60,471 nucleotides of DNA from a virus (IMGVR_UViG_3300027971_000003:1-60471); one strand, 5' to 3'; counted from the stretch's first letter, positions 1 through 8,911 are shown. The notes: generated from the letters alone by a model not told the origin. Program-made: numbers and translations.

Positions 1-127
1 AGTCGTAGACCCCGGACACGACCCGCTACCTCACGATATTCGGCGTAGTCTTTAGCTCCACCGTTTATCAAGAAGTCCGCAGAGGAAGCAATGTCTTCCT
101 CGAATTTTTCTATCAGCACATCAAAGA
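1..127. repeat. 127-bp terminal direct repeat (copy 1); circular-assembly overlap
   Basis: 1-127 is identical to 60345-60471, and an ORF reads through the junction. Confidence 0.95.
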
Positions 128-140
128 CGGTTTTTGCCAC
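1..140 (-). CDS. 5' part of a 65-aa hypothetical protein spanning the circular junction (ends at TGA 60287)
   Basis: Manual translation from GTG at 140: MAKTVFDVLIEKFEEDIASSADFLINGGAKDYAEYREVAGRVRGLRLAVQSTKDLSRSQMDEEDD*. Lies between portal and the GroES-like gene. Confidence 0.75.
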   Translation of the reverse strand, partial: MAKTVFDVLIEKFEEDIASSADFLINGGAKDYAEYREVAGRVRGLR

Positions 141-143
141 TGA

Positions 144-2624
144 TTAATCCTTTTCTACCTTGGGTTTGGATGTCTCATGCAAGAGCTTCATAGCTTCCAA
201 CTTCAACTTGCTCTTAACCTGTTCTGCCTGTGATTGTGAACGGGCTTCGCTTTGGCGCTCTTGTGATTGAACGCGAGAATCACTCTGCTGCTGTTGTGAT
301 TGAACTCTTGTAGTTTCTTTTTGCAAATCAACTTGAACGCGCTCTTTATCCAACTGCAACTTAGCTGCCGCGATCTGTGCATCTGACTGGTCTTTCTGCG
401 TCTTCCTTTGCACTTCGGATTGTTGAATCTGCACCTTGGCTTGCTCAAGCTGAAACATCGGGTCTTGGGCTTGTTGTTGTGCTTGTTGTTGTGCTGCTTG
501 TTGTTGATGGGCTTGCGTCAACTGCTTACCTGCTTCTGCTACCAACCCAGCCAGCAACACTTCAACTTCCTCTGGCAACGGCGCATCGGGTGCGGGTAGC
601 GGTGCGCCAAGCTTCTCTTCAATCTGTTTGCGGTAGCTAAAGGCCAGATGCTCTGCAATGTGCGCTTGAGATGACGCCATGATCTGCTGTGCCATCGGGT
701 TCTGACCAATAGTCTGGGCAATCATCGGGTCTTGCATGAAGCTGCTGTGCGTAGCGATGTGTGCGTCGTGGTCTTGGTAGATAAACGCTTTGACAGGTTT
801 TCCAACCAGTATTGCCATGTTCTCAGAAACAGGATCACGCGGTTTCTGATCTTCGCTTGTCGGCACAATCTTGTCCGCGTTCCTTATTCCAAGAACTTCA
901 ATCATCTGCCTGTGTAGGTATGGCAGGTCATATATCTGCGGTGCTTGTGTTGCCATCTGAAATACCGCTTGATACTGCACCACCCGTTGCGCCATTGTGC
1001 TGCTGTTAGGATCACTGACCGGTATGACATCAACCATTGCGTAGTCGGCCTTACGAGCGCGAGAAACACCTGTCTCCGGCTCATACTGATATTCCTCCGG
1101 CGCAAAGTCAGAGATGATGCCTTTGAGCAGTTTAAACTCCTGCTTCATGGCGAAGTGAACCCGAGCCTGAACAGCAGCCATCGGTTTTAGAGTTCTTTCT
1201 AACAGGGCCAGAGTCGTTCCAACCGGAGCCTGTGCGCTCATGTCGGAGATGTTCATATCACTAATCGCCCCAAGACGACGACCCTCGTCCGTGATCTTGT
1301 CCAGCAAACTCATCAAAACTTGTGACGGCTCCTTATACGGGAGCGTCATAATGTTGTCTTTAATGGCTCCACTTGGAACGTCCACATCCCTGAACTCGCC
1401 CGGAGCAATCGGTGTATCGTCACCCTTTACACGAAGACCCCTTGATTTCAATCCACCCGGCAAGTTTGATAAAGTCCCCGAATCGACTAATTGCCTGATG
1501 ATTGCTGTTCCTGCCCGAGCATATCCGCCAATAATATGAATTAACCCCAAACCGTAGAACCCAAATCCCGGTACATATACATAATGCACAAAGTGGTTGC
1601 GCTTTAATTTCAAAGTGTCATCCGGTTCCCAATTACGCCGGATAGCTAAAACCTCCCCAGTGCCTTTCTCTATAGTCACGACATAAGGCTTGGCAAGCTC
1701 CATGTCCTCGTCTTTGCTCTCTTCGTCAATCCCCGGCAAACAGCAATCAACGTGGATTTCATATAGGGTGTAGCGATCATCATTTGACAGGGTGTATCCA
1801 CCCTCTGAGGCTTTCTTCTTCTCAATGTCACTGAAAAACGTCTGTGGTTCGCCCAACTCAACATCTCTGTAAAAACCGCTGACCTGAAGCTCTTTAACTT
1901 CATTCTTGGTCTTCCGCATGATGTGTGTGACGCGTTCAGCCATCTCAATATGAGATGCACCATAAGGCACAATCACATCTTCCGCTGGGACGTAAATAGA
2001 TACTTGACGATCAAGAGTGGGGTCGTAGTAGACCTTCTTAAAAGCGGAGCCAGCCAGACCAAGGCTGTAGAGCATTCGCTCATGCTCACTGCGATACTCA
2101 ATCATTCTTTCAGTTAACTGATAATTCATGTCCTCGCTCACGCGAAGCGAAGCTTCTTCTTTCTCTTTGGTGACCCTGCCTAGAATCTTGGTCTTTACCG
2201 GCCCAGAAGCCGGAAACGTCTCGCTCATGGTCTCAGCTTGGAACCGGATGGCTGCTTCTGCCAACACGGTGGAATACACGCCACAAGCCCCGTCCCACGG
2301 CTGGGTTCTTTCCTCATACTTAAACCCTACGACCTCTAACCCTTTGGCAAAGGTATCTGCCCATTCTTTCCGAGCGTTTAGGTCAGCATCAATCTCTTCA
2401 ATTAAATCACTGGCAAATGTGGATAATTCGCTTGAATTCATTGTGTCAGCGATATTCTCGTCAAACTCGCTTTCATCTTCTTCGGAGTTTGGAATTAACG
2501 TGATTTCAACGCTGCCGTCGTCCAGTGTGACCATCTCGGGATTAACGATATCAATCTGAAGACCTTCTTCAGTCGTTTCTTCCAACCCCTGCGGTGCCTG
2601 ATATAAACTTTTATCCATGATCAA
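144..2624 (-). CDS. Portal protein (P22-like, long C-terminal coiled coil)
   Basis: 826 aa directly downstream of TerL; GFYGLGLIH and LSNLPGG motifs typical of this portal family; Q-rich helical tail. Confidence 0.85.
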   Translation of the reverse strand: MIMDKSLYQAPQGLEETTEEGLQIDIVNPEMVTLDDGSVEITLIPNSEEDESEFDENIADTMNSSELSTFASDLIEEIDADLNARKEWADTFAKGLEVVGFKYEERTQPWDGACGVYSTVLAEAAIRFQAETMSETFPASGPVKTKILGRVTKEKEEASLRVSEDMNYQLTERMIEYRSEHERMLYSLGLAGSAFKKVYYDPTLDRQVSIYVPAEDVIVPYGASHIEMAERVTHIMRKTKNEVKELQVSGFYRDVELGEPQTFFSDIEKKKASEGGYTLSNDDRYTLYEIHVDCCLPGIDEESKDEDMELAKPYVVTIEKGTGEVLAIRRNWEPDDTLKLKRNHFVHYVYVPGFGFYGLGLIHIIGGYARAGTAIIRQLVDSGTLSNLPGGLKSRGLRVKGDDTPIAPGEFRDVDVPSGAIKDNIMTLPYKEPSQVLMSLLDKITDEGRRLGAISDMNISDMSAQAPVGTTLALLERTLKPMAAVQARVHFAMKQEFKLLKGIISDFAPEEYQYEPETGVSRARKADYAMVDVIPVSDPNSSTMAQRVVQYQAVFQMATQAPQIYDLPYLHRQMIEVLGIRNADKIVPTSEDQKPRDPVSENMAILVGKPVKAFIYQDHDAHIATHSSFMQDPMIAQTIGQNPMAQQIMASSQAHIAEHLAFSYRKQIEEKLGAPLPAPDAPLPEEVEVLLAGLVAEAGKQLTQAHQQQAAQQQAQQQAQDPMFQLEQAKVQIQQSEVQRKTQKDQSDAQIAAAKLQLDKERVQVDLQKETTRVQSQQQQSDSRVQSQERQSEARSQSQAEQVKSKLKLEAMKLLHETSKPKVEKD

Positions 2625-2627
2625 TCC

Positions 2628-4136
2628 TTAATAATATGCTTGACGCCGCTTTGATTTGAAATACTTCGTTTCTTCAGGCTCATCGGACAAAGACCTAATA
2701 AAACCACCCTGTCTAAAGCGCAAAAGAGCTTGGGTGGTTGAGTCAACAAGGTCGTCATGATCCCCATGAGGGAAAGATGCACACTCCTCAACCACTTCTT
2801 CTGCCCATCGAGTAGGGGGTGCCCATACCAAACCTGAAGCAAACATATCTGATACCGCGTTTACACGGGCTATCTTATCCGAACCCTTGCCCGGGGTGTA
2901 TTCGGACATTGGAATGCCCATTTTTCGCATCTCATAGATCAAAGGAGCGCCAGCCGCCTTCTTTTCCACGATCAATGTGTCTGGATTCCACTGCTTCCAC
3001 AGCTCATAAGCTGCCTTTTTGAGGTCTGGGAACTCAATTCGCTCTTTAAAGGCGTCTAAAAGGATGATATTCGCCAATTCTTTGCCGTTATCATCCTCCT
3101 GATAGAAGATTCCCCATGTGGTGCAAGCACTAAAATCGGCTCTGTTGTGTTTTTCAAAGGCGGTATCCCAAGATTGGATGATGTAGCTGCATTTGGGGGC
3201 GTAATCATTGTCCCAAACCTTCCACATATCCCTCTTGATGATCGCCCCTTCTTCAGAGGTCGGATTTTGCTGATACTGGGCTTGCCATTTCGCTACAGGC
3301 AGCTCTGCCCTGATCGCTTCAAGCTCTTCTTTAGCCCAAAACTCAGGCCATAAAGGGGTTCCAGATGGCATCAGGGCTGGAAACTCTATGACTTCCCAAT
3401 CATCGCCGCCTCTAGCGGCGGAATGCTCAAGGATATGCCCTGTTAAATCTCGCTTTGCCCATCGGGTCATAACGAGAACAATGGCTCCTCCCGGTTGCAA
3501 CCTCTGCCTTGGGCCTGATGAATACCATTCAAAGACTTTGTCATACACATCAGGGCTATTCTGCATAGCCTCCTGCTCACTGTGTGGATCGTCAATGATT
3601 AATAGATCAGCACCCTTGCCCGTCACAGCTCCGCCAACGCCAATAGCGAAGTAATCCCCGCCAGCATGGGTATTCCACCGTCCTGCTGCCTTTGAATCTG
3701 CGGATAACTTGGTCGGAAAGACATCCTGATAATCCTGCGAACTCACCAAGTTTCTAACCTTCCGTCCAAAGCCAACCGCTAACTCGGCTGTGTGCGCGGT
3801 CTGAATAACCTTCTTCTCGGGAAACTTACCCAGAAACCATGCCGGTAACAGGTATGAGGCAAACTCAGACTTGGTATGTCTGGGCGGCATGTTGATGATT
3901 AATCGCTTTAATTCGCCACTGGCAACACGCTCAAAAGCGTTTGCCATGATCTGATGGTGCTTACCCGGTATAAAGGCTGCCCACATATCCTTAACGAAAG
4001 CCATGAAGTTATCCTGATTCATGGCTTTCTTATGCAGCTTGAAGAGCTGCCTTATCTTCTCTACCTGTTTTGACTTAGGCGGAAGAACAGTCAACAACTG
4101 ACTGTATTTTCCAAGTTCTTCTCTGGAAAGAATCAC
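2628..4136 (-). CDS. terL: Terminase large subunit
   Basis: Walker A-like MPPRHTKSE, Walker B LLIIDDPH, VMTRW, nuclease SWDTA and FPHGDHDDLVDS motifs. Confidence 0.95.
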   Translation of the reverse strand: MILSREELGKYSQLLTVLPPKSKQVEKIRQLFKLHKKAMNQDNFMAFVKDMWAAFIPGKHHQIMANAFERVASGELKRLIINMPPRHTKSEFASYLLPAWFLGKFPEKKVIQTAHTAELAVGFGRKVRNLVSSQDYQDVFPTKLSADSKAAGRWNTHAGGDYFAIGVGGAVTGKGADLLIIDDPHSEQEAMQNSPDVYDKVFEWYSSGPRQRLQPGGAIVLVMTRWAKRDLTGHILEHSAARGGDDWEVIEFPALMPSGTPLWPEFWAKEELEAIRAELPVAKWQAQYQQNPTSEEGAIIKRDMWKVWDNDYAPKCSYIIQSWDTAFEKHNRADFSACTTWGIFYQEDDNGKELANIILLDAFKERIEFPDLKKAAYELWKQWNPDTLIVEKKAAGAPLIYEMRKMGIPMSEYTPGKGSDKIARVNAVSDMFASGLVWAPPTRWAEEVVEECASFPHGDHDDLVDSTTQALLRFRQGGFIRSLSDEPEETKYFKSKRRQAYY

Positions 4137-4363
4137 AAGGCAGCAATGTTCTGCACAGAGCGGTCAGCAATCTGAACGCTTCTGAACTTATGACTCCGCA
4201 AAGACAACATGCCTTCCCGTCTCAGCTTATGCACCATCCGGTGAATATTGCTCCGAGCCTTCATGCCAAGACCCTTTGCAATATCCGCATATGAAGGCGG
4301 GAACCCGTGAATCTTCACGTAAGCTCGGATGAAGTCGTAAACCTGCGTCTGCTTGTTTGTCAT
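4133..4363 (-). CDS. LexA N-terminal-type winged-HTH DNA-binding protein (no peptidase domain)
   Basis: MTNKQTQVYDFI...HGFPPSYADIAKGLG...L..EG.L matches the LexA DNA-binding domain pattern; stop overlaps the TerL start (GTGA). Confidence 0.8.
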   Translation of the reverse strand: MTNKQTQVYDFIRAYVKIHGFPPSYADIAKGLGMKARSNIHRMVHKLRREGMLSLRSHKFRSVQIADRSVQNIAAL

Positions 4364-4375
4364 TCAGTCTGCCCT

Positions 4376-4424
4376 GTTTAAACTGCGAACGTTCGCACTC
4401 TACCTCGTTAAGCGTTTAAACGCT
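4376..4424. promoter_or_regulatory. Cluster of three palindromes upstream of the LexA-like gene (candidate operators)
   Basis: GTTTAAAC 4376-4383, TGCGAACGTTCGCA 4384-4397 and AGCGTTTAAACGCT 4411-4424 are perfect palindromes. Confidence 0.5.
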
Positions 4425-4762
4425 AATTGTTTTTTAAATATATATACGGCAAAACATATTTTTCAAATATATATACCCCCGGGGGTGGGGAAGGGAGAGA
4501 GAAGGGGGGGGTGTTTTTTAAATCGATGGGATTGGACGAGTGGATACGAGCGTAAGGCGTGAGGCGTAGGAGGTAACGCAAATCTGGGGGGTGGGGCGTG
4601 GGTGGGGCATCGCCATAGCGCCTCTAGGAACGGCTGCGCGGTGCGTCTGGCGCTGTGCGTCAGAGGGATGCGCGTCTTACAACGTATCACGCGCCTGTTT
4701 ACCCCTGAAATCATAGGGAAGAGCCTAGATTAGGCTCCTCCGCACTTTCTGCAATGCCCTGA

Positions 4763-5368
4763 TTATTGGACGCTTTCATGGGCGTCATAGGACGTTTCTC
4801 CCAGCAAATGCAGGGAAGACTCCAGCTCTGCCTTGAGTTTCTCCGTGGATATCTCCTCGACCTTGCTCTCGACCTTGTCTGTAAACATCCCGACTGCTCT
4901 GCCCATAAGCTCCAGCGCCTTGAGCTTCGCGCTGTCCTGTTTCGCGCTGTCGGCGTGTTTCTTCAGCTCTCCCATGACGTATCGACGGGTAGCGATTGCG
5001 TCATCCACAATATTTTCTGCGACACTGCTCCAGACGTCCTCGGTGAGAGCTTGTATGCGTACGTCTCGCATCAACCTATTCGCCCCCGTAATAATCAGGT
5101 GTTCTTTCCTGTCTCCTACGTTATACGCAGTGCGATACGCCTCCCTTGGACTCTTACCTTGTGCTACCAGTGACGCGAAACATCTCATCTTGGCGGTGAC
5201 AACTCTCTTCCCCTTATTCACCCCTCTTACCCTTCCATTCTTAGTCTTCTCTGGTTTACTCTCGGCGGCAGCTTGCTGTATCGCTTCGCTTATCCCATCG
5301 CTTGTATCGTTCGCAGCGAACGTGCTTTCCTCGCGTAGGATTTTCAGTTCTTCCTTGGACAATGGCAT
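4763..5368 (-). CDS. terS: Terminase small subunit
   Basis: HTH-like FASLVAQGKSPREAYRTAY and KLKALELMGRAVGMFTDKVE motifs typical of TerS; upstream of TerL; ATG 5368 chosen as start. Confidence 0.75.
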   Translation of the reverse strand: MPLSKEELKILREESTFAANDTSDGISEAIQQAAAESKPEKTKNGRVRGVNKGKRVVTAKMRCFASLVAQGKSPREAYRTAYNVGDRKEHLIITGANRLMRDVRIQALTEDVWSSVAENIVDDAIATRRYVMGELKKHADSAKQDSAKLKALELMGRAVGMFTDKVESKVEEISTEKLKAELESSLHLLGETSYDAHESVQ

Positions 5369-5780
5369 GATCTTTCCCTTCGGTCGTTTAAACACATATC
5401 AACCCTGAGTCTACCTGCTTTCCCTCTGCATCATCCATCTTTTCCCTCTGTTCTCATTCTGACCGTGTTTTATCCCTCCCTCTAGTCATCCTGAAACCCC
5501 CTCTGGAACGCATCAGGACGCGATTACAGCGTGTCTGCCCTTGTGTCTGATACCCATGCGTCAGGAGCTTTCGCCTGTTCGCCTTCGGCCTTTTAAACCC
5601 TTCCCCGCGCAGTTGCATGTTCTTCCCTCTGTGTGCAATCAGTCTTCCCTCTGATGACCTTCTGCGGCTCCCTCTGACAGCCGGTTTCCAGCGTCTCCGG
5701 CTTAACAATTCTTAACAATTTTCTTTCCTCAATCAATCAACAACTTATCGATTTTCTGGGCTTGACACTATCTTTCATGC

Positions 5781-5810
5781 TTGCATCGTTTAAACGGGTG
5801 ATGCTATCGT
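5781..5810 (+). promoter_or_regulatory. Sigma70-type early promoter P1
   Basis: TTGCAT-N18-TATCGT with TG extension; GTTTAAAC in the spacer; same architecture at 8203, 10445 and 17650. Confidence 0.65.
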
Positions 5811-5816
5811 TCGTTT

Positions 5817-6185
5817 GCGTCAAGTTTCAAGTCACCTGCTGCTGCCAGATACCGAGCCGAACGGCTCCGACAGCGAATCTCACGAGGTGACCGACGCCGC
5901 AGCTCTCAAGGCACCGAAAGCTCCCAGCCATCCTGCACCATGCTGTTGAATTTCACTGGCACAGTCAACGACTCCCTGCTTGCTGATTAGTAGACGCGGT
6001 TCAGGCTCTCCCTGACGAGTGACCGTAATTGCTGAAACGCCTCACGCGGAGGGGCAGAGACTGAGTAGGGCATAAACGGGTAGAGCCGTCCCATTTTGAA
6101 GGAGCGCGTCATCGCTGGCGCGACTCTTGGAGCGCATTCATTTGAGTGCGCTGCACGGGTCAATAACGACTCATCACTCACACGA
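5817..6185 (+). ncRNA. Candidate structured RNA or long 5' leader
   Basis: About 370 nt with no convincing ORF after P1 and many helices, e.g. GTCACCT/AGGTGAC, GAGCCG/CGGCTC, CCCTGCT/AGTAGGG, AGCGCATTCA/TGAGTGCGCT. Confidence 0.4.
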
Positions 6186-6195
6186 GGAGGCATAA

Positions 6196-6651
6196 ATGAG
6201 CATATCTAGCATACACGACAATTACCTAGACCCAGATAAGCATTTATGGCAGGAAGAACCGCCAGAGGCATATCAAACAGTGCTTGACTTCTTTTCTGCG
6301 GAAAACGAAGAACAGTGCAAACATCGAATCTACAAACACACCAGCTGCGGCGCTTGGATTGAGTTCAGAGAATCCGGCATCGCCATAGGCTCCATCGTGG
6401 AGGGTTGCGATTTTGGCACCGCAACCTACCTGCTGCACTACTCCAACAAATTCGCCAGCACCGACATTCAGGCTCGCATTGATGCGGTAGAAAAAGAGGC
6501 TTCCGCGATTTGGGAATGGTCAAATCGTCCATGCGATAAAAACGGAAAATGGAGGAAGAACGGAAGAACCACGCAAGCGGATTTAGGATTCGATGCACCG
6601 GACGTATCTTACGACTACGATCATTTTGAACAAGGGGAGAGGTCATCATGA
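6196..6651 (+). CDS. Hypothetical early protein
   Basis: 151 aa with GAGGAGG RBS; first gene of the early operon. Confidence 0.7.
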   Translation: MSISSIHDNYLDPDKHLWQEEPPEAYQTVLDFFSAENEEQCKHRIYKHTSCGAWIEFRESGIAIGSIVEGCDFGTATYLLHYSNKFASTDIQARIDAVEKEASAIWEWSNRPCDKNGKWRKNGRTTQADLGFDAPDVSYDYDHFEQGERSS

Positions 6652-6812
6652 CGTTTCGATTTGAACGCACACAATACGGCTGGTCTTGCTACGCCAAACA
6701 GGGCGCGGCATACCAGTATTTCGGGCATTTCCTGACTCAGCGCGAGGCAAAGGAACGCTTCGCCTTTGAGGGGCGCTGCCTAAAATTTCTCGCAACCCAG
6801 AAGGGGGTATGA
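6648..6812 (+). CDS. Small hypothetical protein (54 aa)
   Basis: Manual ORF MTFRFERTQYGWSCYAKQG...; ATGA overlap with the upstream gene and GGAG RBS. Confidence 0.55.
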   Translation: MTFRFERTQYGWSCYAKQGAAYQYFGHFLTQREAKERFAFEGRCLKFLATQKGV

Positions 6813-6813
6813 C

Positions 6814-6981
6814 ATGGACAATTACACCGCAGTCGGTATCGCAGAGGGTTTCATCGAGGGCACTGTGCAGGAGCAGATCGAGGCGTGGCAATACCTGCAC
6901 ACCTCTGGCTTGGCGTATCAGCTTCAGGGTTCTTTCGGACGCACCGCTCAATCCCTGCTGTCGCAGGGCATCATTTCATAG
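6814..6981 (+). CDS. Small phage protein (55 aa)
   Basis: Manual ORF MDNYTAVGIAEGF...AWQYLHTSGLAYQLQGSFGRTAQSLLSQGII; I recognise the LQGxxGR motif from phage early genes. Confidence 0.7.
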   Translation: MDNYTAVGIAEGFIEGTVQEQIEAWQYLHTSGLAYQLQGSFGRTAQSLLSQGIIS

Positions 6982-6989
6982 GAGGCAGC

Positions 6990-7220
6990 ATGGACAAATT
7001 CAAGAGATACACCAGAGCGCAGGTCGAGTTGGCCTTGGCAGACTGCCATGAAACACTACGTGTCGGGGGGTATTCAGTTGATCACCCCTATGGCAAGAAG
7101 CTGTGGGCAGAGATAGATGCACTGCGGGACAGGTCTGCTGTTCTGCTTCGCAGGAAAGACTGCGCGATCTCAGCGCAGGATGTGGCGCGGCTATCTTGGA
7201 TATTCCAAGGCAGCAACTAG
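6990..7220 (+). CDS. Hypothetical protein (76 aa)
   Basis: GGAGG RBS then ATG 6990 (MDKFKRY...); the stop abuts hammerhead 1. Confidence 0.65.
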   Translation: MDKFKRYTRAQVELALADCHETLRVGGYSVDHPYGKKLWAEIDALRDRSAVLLRRKDCAISAQDVARLSWIFQGSN

Positions 7221-7271
7221 ACCGAAACCTCCGCGAGGAGGTCTGACCGTGACGCGGTCACTGACGAGGTC
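7220..7271 (+). ncRNA. Type II hammerhead ribozyme 1
   Basis: GACC-GAAA-CCTCC gcga GGAGG-TC^-TGACCG tgacg CGGTCA-CTGACGA-GGTC: complete catalytic core, three stems, predicted cleavage after C7243. Confidence 0.9.
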
Positions 7272-7296
7272 AGCAACGTTTAAACGGAGGCTCACT

Positions 7297-7647
7297 ATGA
7301 ACAAGATCAATCTTGAATTACGTTGCACCAATCACTTTTCATCCGGCTGGGATTCACTGGATGAGTGGCAAGACATTGGCCCTGTCAAGGTGCTGGCGCG
7401 ACGCAACGTCGTGCAGGACAACGAACACCACACGGGATACAACTGGACTGAGCGCGTTGTCGTTCCCCGTGCGACCCTCGTGCGCTACGGGGCAAGGGTT
7501 ATCGAACAGGCCATCAGCAACACCCTGACCTACTCGCACTGCCGACATGACCATGACTGCTGTGGCTGTGTGTCTTACTCTGGCTATGCGGAACACAAGG
7601 GCGGCAGGGAATTCTTGGTGCGTGGTTGCGCTAGTCGTAACGTTTAA
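7297..7647 (+). CDS. Hypothetical protein with HCRHDHDCCGC metal-binding motif
   Basis: GGAGGCTCA RBS, starts MNKINL; its TAA stop lies inside a GTTTAAAC. Confidence 0.7.
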   Translation: MNKINLELRCTNHFSSGWDSLDEWQDIGPVKVLARRNVVQDNEHHTGYNWTERVVVPRATLVRYGARVIEQAISNTLTYSHCRHDHDCCGCVSYSGYAEHKGGREFLVRGCASRNV

Positions 7648-7658
7648 ACGGAGGCAGC

Positions 7659-7742
7659 ATGAGCGACACAGAGGCAGTGCTGGCAGTGGTAATTTTCTTC
7701 GCAATCTTCGCAGTGAAATGCTGGATTTTATTTAAATCATAG
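7659..7742 (+). CDS. 27-aa single-TM microprotein
   Basis: GGAGGCAGC-ATG; MSDTEAVLAVVIFFAIFAVKCWILFKS*. Confidence 0.5.
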   Translation: MSDTEAVLAVVIFFAIFAVKCWILFKS

Positions 7743-7752
7743 GAGGCTCACC

Positions 7753-8160
7753 ATGAAAATCAAGATAAGTAGCAAGAATTTTGACCCAATCCACGCCGCT
7801 CTCGCAGCGGTCAACGGCACGGCGGTGGGTCACACCTACCGAGCCAGCGACATCGTGCGTCTGGCGGAGGAGGCAGAGACATTCGCAGTCACGCTCTTCG
7901 ACAACAAGAAACAAGTTGTCGGGGCGCGATACCGCGCAGAGAGCGGCGGCAAGGTGGCGGCGGCGTATGAATTCACTCGCATCTCAACCGTCGTTACGTT
8001 GGAAAGGTATTCGACAGGTTGGTTTTTAATTGAGGTATCCAGAGGCGCAATCTGGAAAGGCGGCGGGTCACAGCGATTGATTCTCGACGCATCGCAGGAT
8101 GTTTTAGCAACAGCAAAGGCGCGGTCACGCTACACCGTCCGCCCTTCTTCAATAACGTAG
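7753..8160 (+). CDS. Hypothetical early protein
   Basis: 135 aa with GGAGGCTCA RBS. Confidence 0.7.
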   Translation: MKIKISSKNFDPIHAALAAVNGTAVGHTYRASDIVRLAEEAETFAVTLFDNKKQVVGARYRAESGGKVAAAYEFTRISTVVTLERYSTGWFLIEVSRGAIWKGGGSQRLILDASQDVLATAKARSRYTVRPSSIT

Positions 8161-8202
8161 TGCCTAGCGGAGAGGGGCAACCCTCTCTGATGTGCATTGC
8201 AG

Positions 8203-8231
8203 TTGCATCGTTTAAACCCAGATGCTATTAT
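8203..8231 (+). promoter_or_regulatory. Sigma70-type early promoter P2
   Basis: TTGCAT-N17-TATTAT with TG extension; GTTTAAAC in the spacer; preceded by a GCAA-loop hairpin at 8169-8188. Confidence 0.7.
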
Positions 8232-8258
8232 CCGTTCTCACCTACTAGGAGGCTCATC

Positions 8259-8831
8259 ATGACGACACAGACACGCGAAGAGTGGTTGAACAAATTCCTC
8301 GGGGAGATTCGCCCCGTCTTTCAATCGGCAGGGTATCCGCTGCCTGACCGTATCCGCCTCACCTGCGGCTGGCCCTCAAAGCTGGCGCGGTCTGAGGCAA
8401 AGCGCCGCATCGGTGAGCATTGGTCACCCAAGGCGTCGGACGATGCGACGCACGAGATCAGCGTCAGTCAGGTCGTAGACGATCCGTTGGAGGTTTGTGC
8501 CATCCTCGTGCATGAGCTTTCCCATGCAGCCTGTGACGGTGACGGTCACCGTGGTCGCTTCCCCAAGTGCGTCTCTGCCCTGTCTCTTGAGGGCAAGCCG
8601 TCCGCTACCATCGGTGGCACTGCGTTTAAACAGGCATACGGTGAGTTGATCGACTCGCTGGGTGCCTACCCTCACAGCCGCATCAACGTGAAGGGTGAGC
8701 AGAAGACGCAGTCAACCCGTCTCCTGCTGGCGAAGTGCAACTACTGTGGATACCCCGTTCGACTCACGAAGAAGTGGGCGGCGGCTGGTCTGCCCAACTG
8801 CTACTGCGGCGGGGCATTCACGCTGTCATAG
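8259..8831 (+). CDS. SprT-like zinc metallopeptidase
   Basis: HELSH...H..F zincin motif and C-terminal CxxC/CxCG zinc ribbon; GGAGGCTCA RBS before ATG 8259. Confidence 0.8.
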   Translation: MTTQTREEWLNKFLGEIRPVFQSAGYPLPDRIRLTCGWPSKLARSEAKRRIGEHWSPKASDDATHEISVSQVVDDPLEVCAILVHELSHAACDGDGHRGRFPKCVSALSLEGKPSATIGGTAFKQAYGELIDSLGAYPHSRINVKGEQKTQSTRLLLAKCNYCGYPVRLTKKWAAAGLPNCYCGGAFTLS

Positions 8832-8882
8832 ACCGAAACCCCTGCGAAGGGGTCGTGCCGTTACGCGGTGCCTGACGAGGTC
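8831..8882 (+). ncRNA. Type II hammerhead ribozyme 2
   Basis: GACC-GAAA-CCCCT gcga AGGGG-TC^-GTGCCG ttacg CGGTGC-CTGACGA-GGTC; stem changes relative to copy 1 keep pairing; predicted cleavage after C8854. Confidence 0.9.
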
Positions 8883-8911
8883 AGTAACGCAACACAATGG
8901 AGGCTCACACC

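Noticed and set aside
1-127. Terminal repeat as a biological DTR
   Set aside because: 127 bp equals a common assembler k-mer and the junction falls mid-gene, so it is most likely a circular-assembly overlap.
5995-6055. Third hammerhead (CTGACGA at 6012 and GAAAC at 6034)
   Set aside because: No properly placed NUH with stems I and III, and stem II does not close correctly; treated as part of the larger structured leader.
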